Assembly: GCA_965237525.1 (NCBI GenBank)
Contig: CBDEFO010000006.1
Span: 128,001-192,000 of the forward strand
Direction: 5' to 3'
DNA: 64,000 bases
DNA from: Candidatus Latescibacterota bacterium
GTDB lineage: Bacteria > Latescibacterota > CBDEFO01
Position 1 is the first letter of the stretch. The number at the start of each line of letters is the position of its first letter. Position numbers and translations under genes: made by a program. Below the pieces are notes generated by a model. The model worked only from the letters and a program-made list of their open reading frames with translations, was not told the origin of the DNA and did not search any database. Positions 1 to 9,070 of this stretch are shown one piece after another.

Positions 1-1
1 G

Positions 2-739
2 CCGGAACCCATGATTACCGGCCAGTTTGACATGGCAAAAGCTGGCCCGAACAAGCTGGTGGCCATCGGCAGCGATGGCGAGGGTACGAAGGTGTGGCCA
101 ATTAAGGTGGAGCGTGTGAAAGTATCACCAGCTCACGGGAGCTTAGACGGCCGTGTGTTGGATCAACAGGGCAATCCAATTGTCGGCGCAAAGGTCGAGC
201 GCAGCCCTAACCGCTACACGGCCGACGATTGGCTGGAAGACCCCACCACATTAGATCCCTGGGGGCACGGAAGTCCCCTGACGGTCGGCTCACCAAAATT
301 GGGGTACAGATCGATCCGTAATGGAAATGGACACCCGACGGTGCAGACGGATGCCTAGGGACGCTTCCGATTCGACTCGGTAAAGCTTGGTGAATATGTA
401 CTGACCGTAGAAGCTGACAGTTACGCTCCCCAGCATCGTCATATCAAGATTCAGCCAAGGCCGCAAAAGCAGCAGTTCCGTTTGAAGGCTGGTCGAAAAG
501 TTTGTCATCGAGTTGTGGATAACCGAGGCCGGCCGGTTCCAGGCGCATGTGTCGTGCTGAACAGATGGCACGTCCATACCGATCTTGCTGGTTTCTTCCA
601 CTGGTCAGTGGAGGTCCCGCTGCCAGAGCAGGTGGAGATCAGCGTTTACAAGCGCTATAGCGGTCAATATGAGAAACTCAACGCAACAGTGCCGTTCTCA
701 GAGCTGGAGCGCCAGCCAATCATCCTGCGACCCAGGTAG
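2..739 (+). pseudogene. Carboxypeptidase-regulatory-like (beta-sandwich) repeat protein, probably the 3' part of a longer gene, interrupted by an in-frame TAG at 356-358
   Basis: ORFs 11..358 and 482..739 are in the same frame. Reading through TAG gives TDA*GRFRFDSVKLGEYVLTVEADSYAP, the typical TDxxGxF motif. GRVLDQQGNPIVGAKV and RVVDNRGRPVPGA are repeat starts. Confidence 0.7.
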
Positions 740-1211
740 GGTCAAAGGTACTCGGGCGGTACACAAATTCTTTCATAATTGAACTTGGGACTCAGCGAAG
801 TTCCCGCCCCGGAGCCTTAACAGGTGTCGGTAGAGCAGAAGCGAAGCAACGTATTGGGAGCAAGCAGGTACCACTGATCCCCAGACTTAGAATTGAATGC
901 CCCTGCGAGAACGTCCAATTCCTATTGACATAGGCTGTGTTATTTTGTATCTTCCCACCAAATTGATTCGTATCTTACCCTTGCATCTTTCCCCTCGAAT
1001 ATAAACCCGCCGTGCTATTGAGTCACTGATAAGTAGAACAACAGAAAGTGCATGACGCAACTGCACACTCTAAAAGTTGCACAGTATTCTGAACTTCGAC
1101 AGAAGATGTCCCAAAGGGGGGTGACGTGAACCCCAAAGACTGGACAGATGCCTTAGCAAGTTCTATAATTACTGATGTAAAGGTTTAAAAAGAGTCCAGA
1201 AAGGGGTTGTC

Positions 1212-1505
1212 ATGTCATCTAAACGCCGTATCTTCACTCATGAGTTCAAGCTTGAGTGTGTATTGGATGTGTTAAGTTGTCGTAAGAGTCCTGCTCAGAT
1301 CTGTCGGGAGCGCGACTTGAGTGAGTCGTTGTTGACCCGGTGGCGGCAGCAATTTGTTGATCGAGCTCCCAAGATATTTGAGATCAACTCCCAACAAGCC
1401 AGTGTCGAGGCGCAACGCATTAGAGAGTTAGAGCGTCTTGTAGGGTGTTTGACCCTGGAGTTAGAAGCCTCAAAAAAACTCTCCGGCTACTTCGCCTTTC
1501 GGTAG
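1212..1505 (+). CDS. IS3 transposase OrfA (HTH_Tnp_1)
   Basis: RRIFTHEFKLECV...LSESLLTRWRQQF...RIRELERLVG; overlaps orfB at A7 (1472-1478), the usual -1 frameshift site. Confidence 0.92.
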   Translation: MSSKRRIFTHEFKLECVLDVLSCRKSPAQICRERDLSESLLTRWRQQFVDRAPKIFEINSQQASVEAQRIRELERLVGCLTLELEASKKLSGYFAFR

Positions 1506-2362
1506 CCCAGAAGAAGGAGTTGGTCCGTCAAGTGGAGAATGAGTTTGACATCGGTTTATTGTGTAACGTAATAGGTTTGGCACGTAGCAGCTTTTATTAT
1601 ACTTGTGAGGTTTCAGATGACCAGGGACTGAGAAAGGCGATTGAGGGCGTCTGTTTACACCATTGTCGTTACGGGTATCGGAGGGTGACCCCGATGCTCC
1701 ACAGGGGACAATACCGGGTGAACCATAAAAGGGTTCTACGGTTGATGAAACAGATGGGCTTGTTGGTACAGCCCAGACGGCGCAAGGTGCTAGCGACCGA
1801 AGGCAAGGCCCACGAGCCTCCTTTCCCCAATCTGTTGAAGGGTCTTAAGATCAAACGTCCTGACCAGGTATGGTGTGCGGACATCACCTACATTTTCTTG
1901 GCGAACGGTTCTATGCTTTATCTTGCTCTGGTTTTGGATATCTTTACCCGTATGATACGGGGTTGGGCTTTGAGTCGTAGTTTGTCTGGGGCCTTGACGC
2001 AAGAAGCGCTTTTCAAAACATTCGAGAGAGGACACCGGCCACAGATACACCATTCGGATCGAGGGTCTCAATACACTGCGCATAGCTATTGTCAAGGGCT
2101 TTGGGAAGTAGGTGCCGAGATAAGCATGGCATCCAAAGGAAAAGCTTGGGAGAATCCGTTTGTGGAAAGCGCGATTGGTCACCTGAAGGATGAGGAGGTA
2201 TGGCAGCAAGAATACGTGGATCTTGAGGATGCCTTGGTGCATTTGAGTCACTTTCTGGATGTGGTTTACAATCACCAGCGTATCCACTCAGCACTGGGTT
2301 ATCTGACGCCTGGAGAATTCAAGGCACAGTATGAAGCACAAGATTGCAAAAAACTTGCTTAA
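1445..2362 (+). CDS. IS3 transposase OrfB (rve/DDE integrase core), probably expressed by -1 frameshift from orfA
   Basis: YGYRRV, VNHKRVLRLM, WCADITY, HHSDRGSQY, ENPFVES, YNHQRIHSALGYLTP motifs. Confidence 0.95.
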   Translation: MFDPGVRSLKKTLRLLRLSVAQKKELVRQVENEFDIGLLCNVIGLARSSFYYTCEVSDDQGLRKAIEGVCLHHCRYGYRRVTPMLHRGQYRVNHKRVLRLMKQMGLLVQPRRRKVLATEGKAHEPPFPNLLKGLKIKRPDQVWCADITYIFLANGSMLYLALVLDIFTRMIRGWALSRSLSGALTQEALFKTFERGHRPQIHHSDRGSQYTAHSYCQGLWEVGAEISMASKGKAWENPFVESAIGHLKDEEVWQQEYVDLEDALVHLSHFLDVVYNHQRIHSALGYLTPGEFKAQYEAQDCKKLA

Positions 2363-2401
2363 CCCGTCCGTTTTCGTGCTCAGAAAAATGGGTTCACGTC
2401 A

Positions 2402-2655
2402 CCTTCCACTGAAGGCTGAATTAACCTAACTTTTCCGTTCACCAGCAAATCGTCTACAAATTGGAGAAAGGTGTCATACATTTTGCGTCGCAGAAGGGCG
2501 ACGCCTATCGAGTATAAAGCAAACTCAGAAAGATAGGCGCTATCCAAAGGAATAATGCGCAAGAACTGCTCTGCCTGATCCCGATAGATTCAATCGGGGA
2601 CTCTATCCTGTTTCAATAGAAGTTCCAGGGAGATACTGCTATCAATCAAATACAC
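2402..2655 (-). pseudogene. PIN/VapC-type toxin, disrupted by a palindrome insertion (in-frame TGA) and truncated by IS3
   Basis: GTG at 2655 overlaps the antitoxin stop. Translation: VYLIDSSISLELLLKQDR-VPD*IYR-DQAEQFLRIIPLDSAYLSEFALYSIG... then runs into the IS3 right end. Confidence 0.75.
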
Positions 2656-2881
2656 TTTCTTCCCACCATTTTAATATTTTATGCTGAAGCTCCACCGATG
2701 TGTATTGATCCTTCATATCCTCTAAAGCCCCCTTCCAGTTGAGCTTTAACTGACTCTTACCTTTGGGCTTTTTTCGCACATGTTTCCGTATCAGGAATTC
2801 TACAAAGTCCACTACCTCTTGCCGAAGTTCAGGAGGCAGTTCTTTGACCTTTTCCTTAATTGTTTCCTCAATGGTTGACAT
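2642..2881 (-). CDS. DUF2281-like antitoxin
   Basis: IKEKVKELPPELRQEVVDFVEFL...LKLNWKGALEDMKDQYTSVELQH; directly upstream of the PIN gene. Confidence 0.8.
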   Translation of the reverse strand: MSTIEETIKEKVKELPPELRQEVVDFVEFLIRKHVRKKPKGKSQLKLNWKGALEDMKDQYTSVELQHKILKWWEESVFD

Positions 2882-2929
2882 AGCTATACTCCTTGGCTGT
2901 GGGGCGAGGGAATCTCGCCCCTACGTTAC

Positions 2930-3709
2930 TTATACCTGCCTCAGGCTGATCTTTCCGTCCTGTAGAATACCGTAGGTAAAGTGCCTTATCCAGTCACCTA
3001 AGATGACCAAAGTTCCGCATTCTAAGTCTTCCACCAAGGGGATATGAAGGTGCCCGAATACTACTACATCAAAGCCCTCTTGAAGTCTGTCTTCTGCCGC
3101 TTGGACATAGATGTCCTTGAAGTCGTTCCAGCCTCCCATTGAACCCCCCCCGATTAAATCGGGGCTTAGATCGGGCGTCGGGGGGCGTGAGTCTCTGCTG
3201 GTTTTTGACACAAGCTTGGCCACCAGGTTCCCGAGATCGGGATGGAGCACTCTAAAGAGTCGGATGCAGGTGGGATTCTTGAGTATCCATTTTACGATCC
3301 TGTCTCCCCTACTCCCGGAGAGACCGTCCCCATGAGCGATGTGAATCTTCAAGCTGTGATGGCACACATCTACAGGATCGGGGCTAAACTCAATCCCTAT
3401 TTCATCAGATAAGAACGAACCCACGGTGCTGGCGTCACCCCAAAGATCGTGATTCCCCGCTATATACACGACCCTTGTTCCAGATTCGATCAGCCTTTCA
3501 AGCTCAAAGAGGACCTTAAGTCCCCTTTTGGGCACGACGGTCTTGTACTCAAACCAAAAGTCAAAGAGGTCCCCCACTATGTAGAGAACCTCGGCTTTCC
3601 CCTTTAAGCCCCGTATAAAGGAAATGAGCTTTTCCTGCTTGATGACTTCGGTCTTCTCCTCCTCGAGGCCTATGTGAGCATCGGATAAGAAATATATGTC
3701 GCCTGACAT
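2930..3709 (-). CDS. lpxH: UDP-2,3-diacylglucosamine hydrolase-like metallophosphoesterase
   Basis: SDAH, GDLFDFWFE, GNHD, HGD and GHLH metallophosphoesterase motifs. Contains a repeat-derived in-frame insert at ~3133-3185. Confidence 0.8.
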   Translation of the reverse strand: MSGDIYFLSDAHIGLEEEKTEVIKQEKLISFIRGLKGKAEVLYIVGDLFDFWFEYKTVVPKRGLKVLFELERLIESGTRVVYIAGNHDLWGDASTVGSFLSDEIGIEFSPDPVDVCHHSLKIHIAHGDGLSGSRGDRIVKWILKNPTCIRLFRVLHPDLGNLVAKLVSKTSRDSRPPTPDLSPDLIGGGSMGGWNDFKDIYVQAAEDRLQEGFDVVVFGHLHIPLVEDLECGTLVILGDWIRHFTYGILQDGKISLRQV

Positions 3710-3877
3710 TTACCTATGATATTTAGCCTGACAATTACAATGTATCTTACGTTCCAATATCGTGCCTACGCTCTTTGCGTTCATCAATGGGTCAGGACTA
3801 TGCGACTGGTAATGCAGAGGGAGCTCTACTGGTTTCAACGCTTTGGGTGAGACCCTCGCCCCACCTTACTCTCCCCA

Positions 3878-5698
3878 CTAATTAGACGCCTTTGGTAGAG
3901 GATGCTTGCTAAATTTATCTAGACTGGCGATCAAATCCTTGATCTCCATTGGTATTTCATCTATTGTCATGCTGTTGGCAACATTCGCTAGAGATACAGC
4001 AATATCATACGACTCCTGTAAATAACTATTTAGCTTAGAGAAAACAATCTTTCCAGGAACTAGGCAAAGCCGAGTTGCAAGATCTTCCCACAAATCCTCA
4101 AATTTCTCCAGTTCTGCGGCTGTGATTGTGGCTACATCTGTTCCGGGGGTTTTCTCTTTCGCATACTCTGCCCTCCTCGCAAGATTTTGGGCATTAACCT
4201 CATGCTTTAGCGGCTCCGTAATAGATTGTAGGATGGAGCCGATATCTTCCGAAAATTTGGTTTTCTTTCCCGTGCGTCTATTCTGTTCATCGATTCTAGC
4301 CTCTATCGCCCGATGTAGGGAACTTGGTCGCAGCAGAAAATTTTCTATCTCTTTTCTCCGGTGTATATGGGCTAATACAGCAAATTCGCTAAGTTCGTTT
4401 TCAACCTCCTCGATCTGCTTGTCAGATCTGTAATCCCGGTCCAGAATCACGCCTTTCGAAATTAGTCCACCTAACGTCAGTTCCATGCCTTCTGACAAGT
4501 CTTTAACCTTGCGGGGGTTAAAACCTCCTATGGGAATAACGGCGAAATTGATACAATTTGCAACGTCTTGCTTACCTAACTTGCGACAAAAAGTTGAAAG
4601 AATGTGGAAGTCTTTGCCCTCAATAAATAGTGCTCTTTTTGCCACGGCAAGCCGTGTTAGCGTTGGGTTCATGTTTGACCCTAACTCCTGCAATATCTTG
4701 TGACGGCCAGAAGGGTCTTTCAACCGTTTGGCAGACTGTAACTGCTTGTTAACGACTAGGAGATCACCAAGCTGCGATTCTGCAATGATTTCAGTCGAGT
4801 GAGTTGCAATCAAGATATCTGGCCCGAGACCTTCCAAAAGAGCTAAGAGTTGTCGTTGCAGGTCCGAATGAAGATAAATATCTGGTTCATCTATCACCAG
4901 CAGGGAATCACTCCTGGACCGAATCGCGTAGGTAAGCATTTGACACCAGACTTGGAATCCAAAACCTGCCCAATAAATTTCTCGGTTGAACCTTTTTTCA
5001 GGACAGAACATGTAAAGTGTTCAGGGCTTGCCCTGCCCATACTGGACTTCAGGCGGGTTAATATCCATTCCGGGCCACGTCCCCTGTATCAATTCACGAA
5101 ACTCGTCAAAATCTTCCGGTATATGATACCAGATATTACGAAAATTTCGCGATGCGCGATGTGTTAACAATGCCTGACGGGCCGCTTCTGGCTGGTATAA
5201 TTGTTCCTCATGCTCTACTGGACCCAAGACCGGAACGAACCCAATAGTAGCTGGGAACACTCTCTTAAAGTCGGATGGCGTTCGAACGGGCTTACCGTTA
5301 TTCTCACAAACCAAATAGCACATTCCAACTTCTGGAAATATGAGTCGTAAGGTGTTCCCGTTGGACAAGCGAAAATCAATCCTAGCCGGATCTGTTTCAT
5401 CATAGTCTGTGAAGACGTTTTCTGTCGAAACTGGAAGATTCTCGAGATCAATTCTATATCCCCAGTCCGAGTCTCCCCTGATGTAGACGAATTGCGGTTT
5501 GCGGGCTCTTGCTCTCCTAATTCCTTCTGCAAGGATACGAAATGCCCCCAAGATTGTTGACTTCCCTGAGTTGTTGGGGCCAACTAGTACATTGAATCTT
5601 TGCAGTGAAGCGGAGTAACTCTTGAACGCCTTGTAGTTTCTAAACCGAACAGCGGTAAAACGGGCCATCGGGTCCATCTGACTCTCCTGTTGCGACAT
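3878..5698 (-). pseudogene. OLD-like ABC ATPase + TOPRIM nuclease, split by an in-frame TGA at 5021-5023
   Basis: ORFs 5021..5698 and 3878..5011 are in one frame. Walker A GPNNSGKST, Walker B LVIDEPD, ATHS switch, TOPRIM FIEGKD and LDRD. Confidence 0.8.
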
Positions 5699-5748
5699 CT
5701 AGCTGCCAAGACTAAGTGTAGCGTTACGGCTTCGGGTTTTGCGCCCAG

Positions 5749-6343
5749 TTAGCTTCTTATATTTTCATAGAGCCTTTTGAGATGGCCCATTTGCGTCTTA
5801 AATTTCGCGCAACAAAGTTGTGCCTGTTCACGGTAATTGGGGTGATTCCAGACAGTGTTCTCTGTCTCCCACCCAAGAAATGTTATAAGCCGGGAACTAT
5901 CGAGACAGATTTGAGGAAGCCCATCAACCTCAAGACTCCAACCTTTTGGAGTGAAATGAATAAGAGCATTTCTAATAGTGTCGAGCCGTTTAATGTTCTT
6001 GCCTTCTGTGCCGCTCGGAACAAAACGTGTATTGCCGCCGATCTCGCCGTGTTTTTTGCTCTTAACCTTCCTGCTATAGATTCAAATAAGAGTCAAGCTT
6101 TTCCTGAGGGTAAGGACCACATGTGTCAAGTGCTTCCATGTATTCAGTCGAGGATTTGTCAGAAAGAGCAGCGAGACCACTTCCGTGACGGAGCGAGAGC
6201 ACCATAAAGCCCTGGACAGCGTTATGAAGTGCAATCACTACCCAACGCCACAATCGGATATCACGCTCCAAGCCATCCGAAAGGCGTGACGCCATACAAA
6301 TGGCATCTGCTGCCTCTGCTTCCTCATCTGTTCGTAAGTACAT
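5749..6343 (-). pseudogene. HEPN-like (RxxxxH) protein cassette with a single-base frameshift near 6074
   Basis: Removing one base at CTATAGCAGG continues the 89-aa ORF as LYRKVKS...IRNALIHFTPKGWSLE...RLYENIRS* to 5749. The stop overlaps an AGCTAAC inverse core site. Confidence 0.7.
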
Positions 6344-6428
6344 TTCGTTATTTAAGCTAACTATAATTACACAGTGTGCATAATTTTGCCGCTCCCATAT
6401 CTAGTGATACCGAAGGAGCAACTACTGC

Positions 6429-6488
6429 GTCCAACGCTATGCGCATCAGCTGCGGCGATCGGGCGTCCGGTGTAGCGCCTTGTTTGCT
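6429..6488 (-). repeat. attC-like recombination site
   Basis: Minus strand AGCAAAC-AAGGCGCTACACCGGAC...GCAGCTGATGCGCATAGC-GTTGGAC, beginning right after the methyltransferase stop. Confidence 0.65.
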
Positions 6489-7385
6489 TTATTTCGCCCA
6501 CCCTATAGGATGATGCGTTACTCCATATCGCTGATTAGCCAGCTTCGTCAGTAAACCCCATGGCAGCAGCGCTTCAAATAAGCTTTTTCTCCTTATTCCC
6601 AGATTCTTAAGGATTTTGAAACGAATGATGTCCGACCAACCTGGGAACCATCTGGTAAACTCGGCTTTGAATCCAGTCTTCTCCAGGGCATAAAAGAGTG
6701 TTTCTGGCTCATAATAGCTAGTGTGGATCTCGGGAATCACATAGGACCACTTTGTAATCTTGTGCCGAAAGGGCCTGGCGTTTCCTGTAGTGAAGAAGAA
6801 TAGTCCCTGGGGTCTAATCAACTGCCTGATTTTTTCGAGAATCTGGATGGGGTCAGGAATATGTTCTAACACTTCAATAGCCGTAACAATATCAAACTTC
6901 TTGCTCATATTTTCAAGCTGAACAGACTCAAGCAAGGGAATACCGAGGGCCTTTGCGCGGGTAACTATTTCGCCTTCGTCAAAACCATAGATTTCGGCTA
7001 ATCTCTTCTGATGAACGTACCTGACAAGACCTCCATTGCCACATCCGTAGTCCAACCACCGCGTTTGTGGGGAAAGGGTTATGAGATCTTGAATCACACT
7101 GACAAGACCCCTCCATTCATACTGTCTGATCGTTTCTTCTGGATGTTCAAGCTCAAAGTAATAATCCACCAGCGGATCAGCACCTTGACCGCGATAATAT
7201 CCCTCTGTGTAAATCTGTTCGTAATCTAATATTGGGTTGCCAACAAACGCAAAATGGCAGTGAGAACACCGATAGATCGAAAACTCTCTTGGCCCAAACT
7301 TCCCAAGCTTAAACTTCCCAGCTATACGTTCCGTCTGTTTTGCAGCACAATCACAGATTGGACACTTTAGATAGTTCATAAGCAT
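6489..7385 (-). CDS. Class I SAM-dependent methyltransferase with N-terminal Zn-ribbon (gene cassette)
   Basis: CPIC...CSHC; LDYGCGNG motif I; FDIVTAIEVLEH. The start overlaps the GTTATGC core site. Confidence 0.85.
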   Translation of the reverse strand: MLMNYLKCPICDCAAKQTERIAGKFKLGKFGPREFSIYRCSHCHFAFVGNPILDYEQIYTEGYYRGQGADPLVDYYFELEHPEETIRQYEWRGLVSVIQDLITLSPQTRWLDYGCGNGGLVRYVHQKRLAEIYGFDEGEIVTRAKALGIPLLESVQLENMSKKFDIVTAIEVLEHIPDPIQILEKIRQLIRPQGLFFFTTGNARPFRHKITKWSYVIPEIHTSYYEPETLFYALEKTGFKAEFTRWFPGWSDIIRFKILKNLGIRRKSLFEALLPWGLLTKLANQRYGVTHHPIGWAK

Positions 7386-7405
7386 AACTTATGATTACAG
7401 AGTCT

Positions 7406-7488
7406 GCATTAACCTGCCACAGCAGGCATTAACCTGCCACAGCAGGCATTAACCTGCCACAGCAGGCATTAACCTGCACAGCAGGCAT
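7406..7488. repeat. 20-bp tandem repeat GCATTAACCTGCCACAGCAG, about 4 copies
   Basis: Directly visible, no spacers. A single related unit occurs at ~8220-8252. Confidence 0.9.
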
Positions 7489-7715
7489 AAACTTGCTAAA
7501 GTAGGCCGTCTTCTTCCTTATGTGCCTCCTGGGCGTCTCGTCATTAGGAGTCAAACCCTGAAATTTCCAAGCGCGTTGGCCTTTCCAATGTCCTTCTCGT
7601 AATCGTCTCAACAGTACCGCGGTATCAATCTGTCTCACAACTATCGTGCCTTTGGTTCTGTGTCCAGGACGTACGTGAGCAGGGGGCCTCTCGGCGGAAG
7701 TGTCAGGGCGCTCGG

Positions 7716-8144
7716 CTATCCAGTGATGTAATGTTCCAGTTGTGCAATCGTAAATCGCTGCTCAGCAATAACGGATTTCACAAGGTCACCTATGGAAATG
7801 ACTCCGACTAACTTTCCTCCATCCAGGATCGGCAGGTGTCGAATACGCTTTTCGGTCATTAAGGCCATACACTCCTCAATAGTTTGCTCCGGCTGAGCAT
7901 ACACCACGCGCGCTGTCATAATGTCCCTGATCTCTGTGTCTTTACTGGAAAGTCCCTTGAGAATGACCTTCCGCGCATAGTCTCTCTCTGAAACTATGCC
8001 AACCAGCTTCGTATCCTCCACAACCATTAGGGCGCCGACTTCTTTGTTAGCCATTAGCTCTATTGCGTCATAAATCGATTCACCAGGACCGATGGACCAG
8101 ACAGCATAACCCTTGTCGTTTAGTAAATCCTTGACTGTTTTCAT
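7716..8144 (-). CDS. CBS-domain protein
   Basis: LVGIVSERDYARKVIL, CMALMTEKRIRHLP, GVISIGDLVK. RBS GGGAGG before ATG 8144. Confidence 0.92.
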   Translation of the reverse strand: MKTVKDLLNDKGYAVWSIGPGESIYDAIELMANKEVGALMVVEDTKLVGIVSERDYARKVILKGLSSKDTEIRDIMTARVVYAQPEQTIEECMALMTEKRIRHLPILDGGKLVGVISIGDLVKSVIAEQRFTIAQLEHYITG

Positions 8145-8208
8145 TGCTGTCCTCCCTGTTTGCCGCTGCAACCTGTTACCCTTGAACGGCCCCCCCCACG
8201 ATCTACGA

Positions 8209-8378
8209 TTATACAGTCTGCATTACGCTGCCACAGCAGGCTTAACCTGCCAAAGTTGACTTTTTCTGCTGTCTAAACCTGATGAGCTTCTCGCCGTTAA
8301 GGAGTCTAATGCCTTGAATTTCCATATTCCATCGTCTGGCGCAATCTCAGCGCGCTTGGGTTTATGCAGTCTGTATAA
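8209..8378. repeat. ~170-bp element with imperfect terminal inverted repeats (long attC-like site or MITE)
   Basis: TTATACAGTCTGCATTA (8209) and TTATGCAGTCTGTATAA (8362-8378). The interior resembles 7395-7570. Confidence 0.6.
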
Positions 8379-8440
8379 GCCGATTCATAGCCCGTAGCTG
8401 TAGCCTGAACCCGCCGTTTTACCTCTTCATCCCCTGAAAA

Positions 8441-8815
8441 CTATTTGAACTTTATAGCCGTTCCAGTGGCCCTCGACTCTGTGTCCCAATTGAAGAAGCT
8501 CGGATGATCCAGGGAATATCTGACCGTGATTATCCCATCTGCTCCGAGCTTGCGCGCCTCGGCGATAAGCTGCTTTTTCAAAAGATCCATAAGAAGTTCT
8601 TCAGAATCGGGCGAATTTATGTCCACAACCCCGAAAAGATAGAACCCTATCCTGTAAGCGTTGATCATCCCAATAGGTTCATAGGGCAGGTCGATATCCT
8701 CAGACGTTACTAACATATCGTCAGTCTCCGGCAATCTGATCGACTGTACAGAACCGCATCCGACGAAAAGAAGCATCGTCCACAAAAGAGCACTTTCTGT
8801 AATGAACCTTCTCAT
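8441..8815 (-). CDS. YbjQ-like (heavy-metal-binding fold) lipoprotein
   Basis: Lipobox [40 protein letters not shown]. Likely start ATG 8815. Confidence 0.75.
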   Translation of the reverse strand: MRRFITESALLWTMLLFVGCGSVQSIRLPETDDMLVTSEDIDLPYEPIGMINAYRIGFYLFGVVDINSPDSEELLMDLLKKQLIAEARKLGADGIITVRYSLDHPSFFNWDTESRATGTAIKFK

Positions 8816-8827
8816 TTTTGTTTTCCC

Positions 8828-8930
8828 TCCATCGACGGGGCTCCGGACTCCGTAACCACTTTTACTCAGGACATGGGTGTAAATAATGGTGGTGCTGACG
8901 TCCTCGTGGCACAGCAACTCCTGGATGGTC
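8828..8930 (-). pseudogene. intI: C-terminal remnant of an integron integrase
   Basis: Translates [33 protein letters not shown], matching the IntI tail (box II H, catalytic Y, GxGVRSPxD). The upstream part is replaced by REP-like repeats. Confidence 0.8.
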
Positions 8931-9070
8931 TGTCCCCTCTCTTTAAGGGCGAGTTTACCTCGCCTCTACGTTATTTTCAGGGCAGACACACTGGTCTGCC
9001 TTTCCCTGCCTTCGGTCAAATGTATCCCCGAGTGAACCTATCGGGGACTTTCGGGCGCCTGTCCCCTCAC

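Larger units (their letters stand above)
1122..2401 (+). mobile_element. IS3-family insertion sequence (~1.28 kb)
   Basis: Terminal inverted repeats TGACGTGAACCC (1122) and GGGTTCACGTCA (ending 2401). Contains orfA/orfB with an A7 slippery run. No target duplication visible. Confidence 0.92.

Noticed and set aside
5021..5023. Selenocysteine at the TGA in the ATPase-TOPRIM gene (also 63024 and the PIN gene TGA)
   Set aside because: None lies in a redox Cys motif; 63024 aligns with Trp, and the PIN TGA comes from a repeat insertion.
5782..6207. 141-aa plus-strand ORF
   Set aside because: It is antisense to the reconstructed HEPN-like cassette, which has motif and boundary support.
7406..7488. 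Possible CRISPR array
   Set aside because: The units are contiguous 20-bp tandem copies with no unique spacers, and there are no cas genes in the window.
8816..8917. 158-aa ORF as a single real protein
   Set aside because: The first 34 aa are the IntI remnant; the lipoprotein signal starts at ATG 8815.
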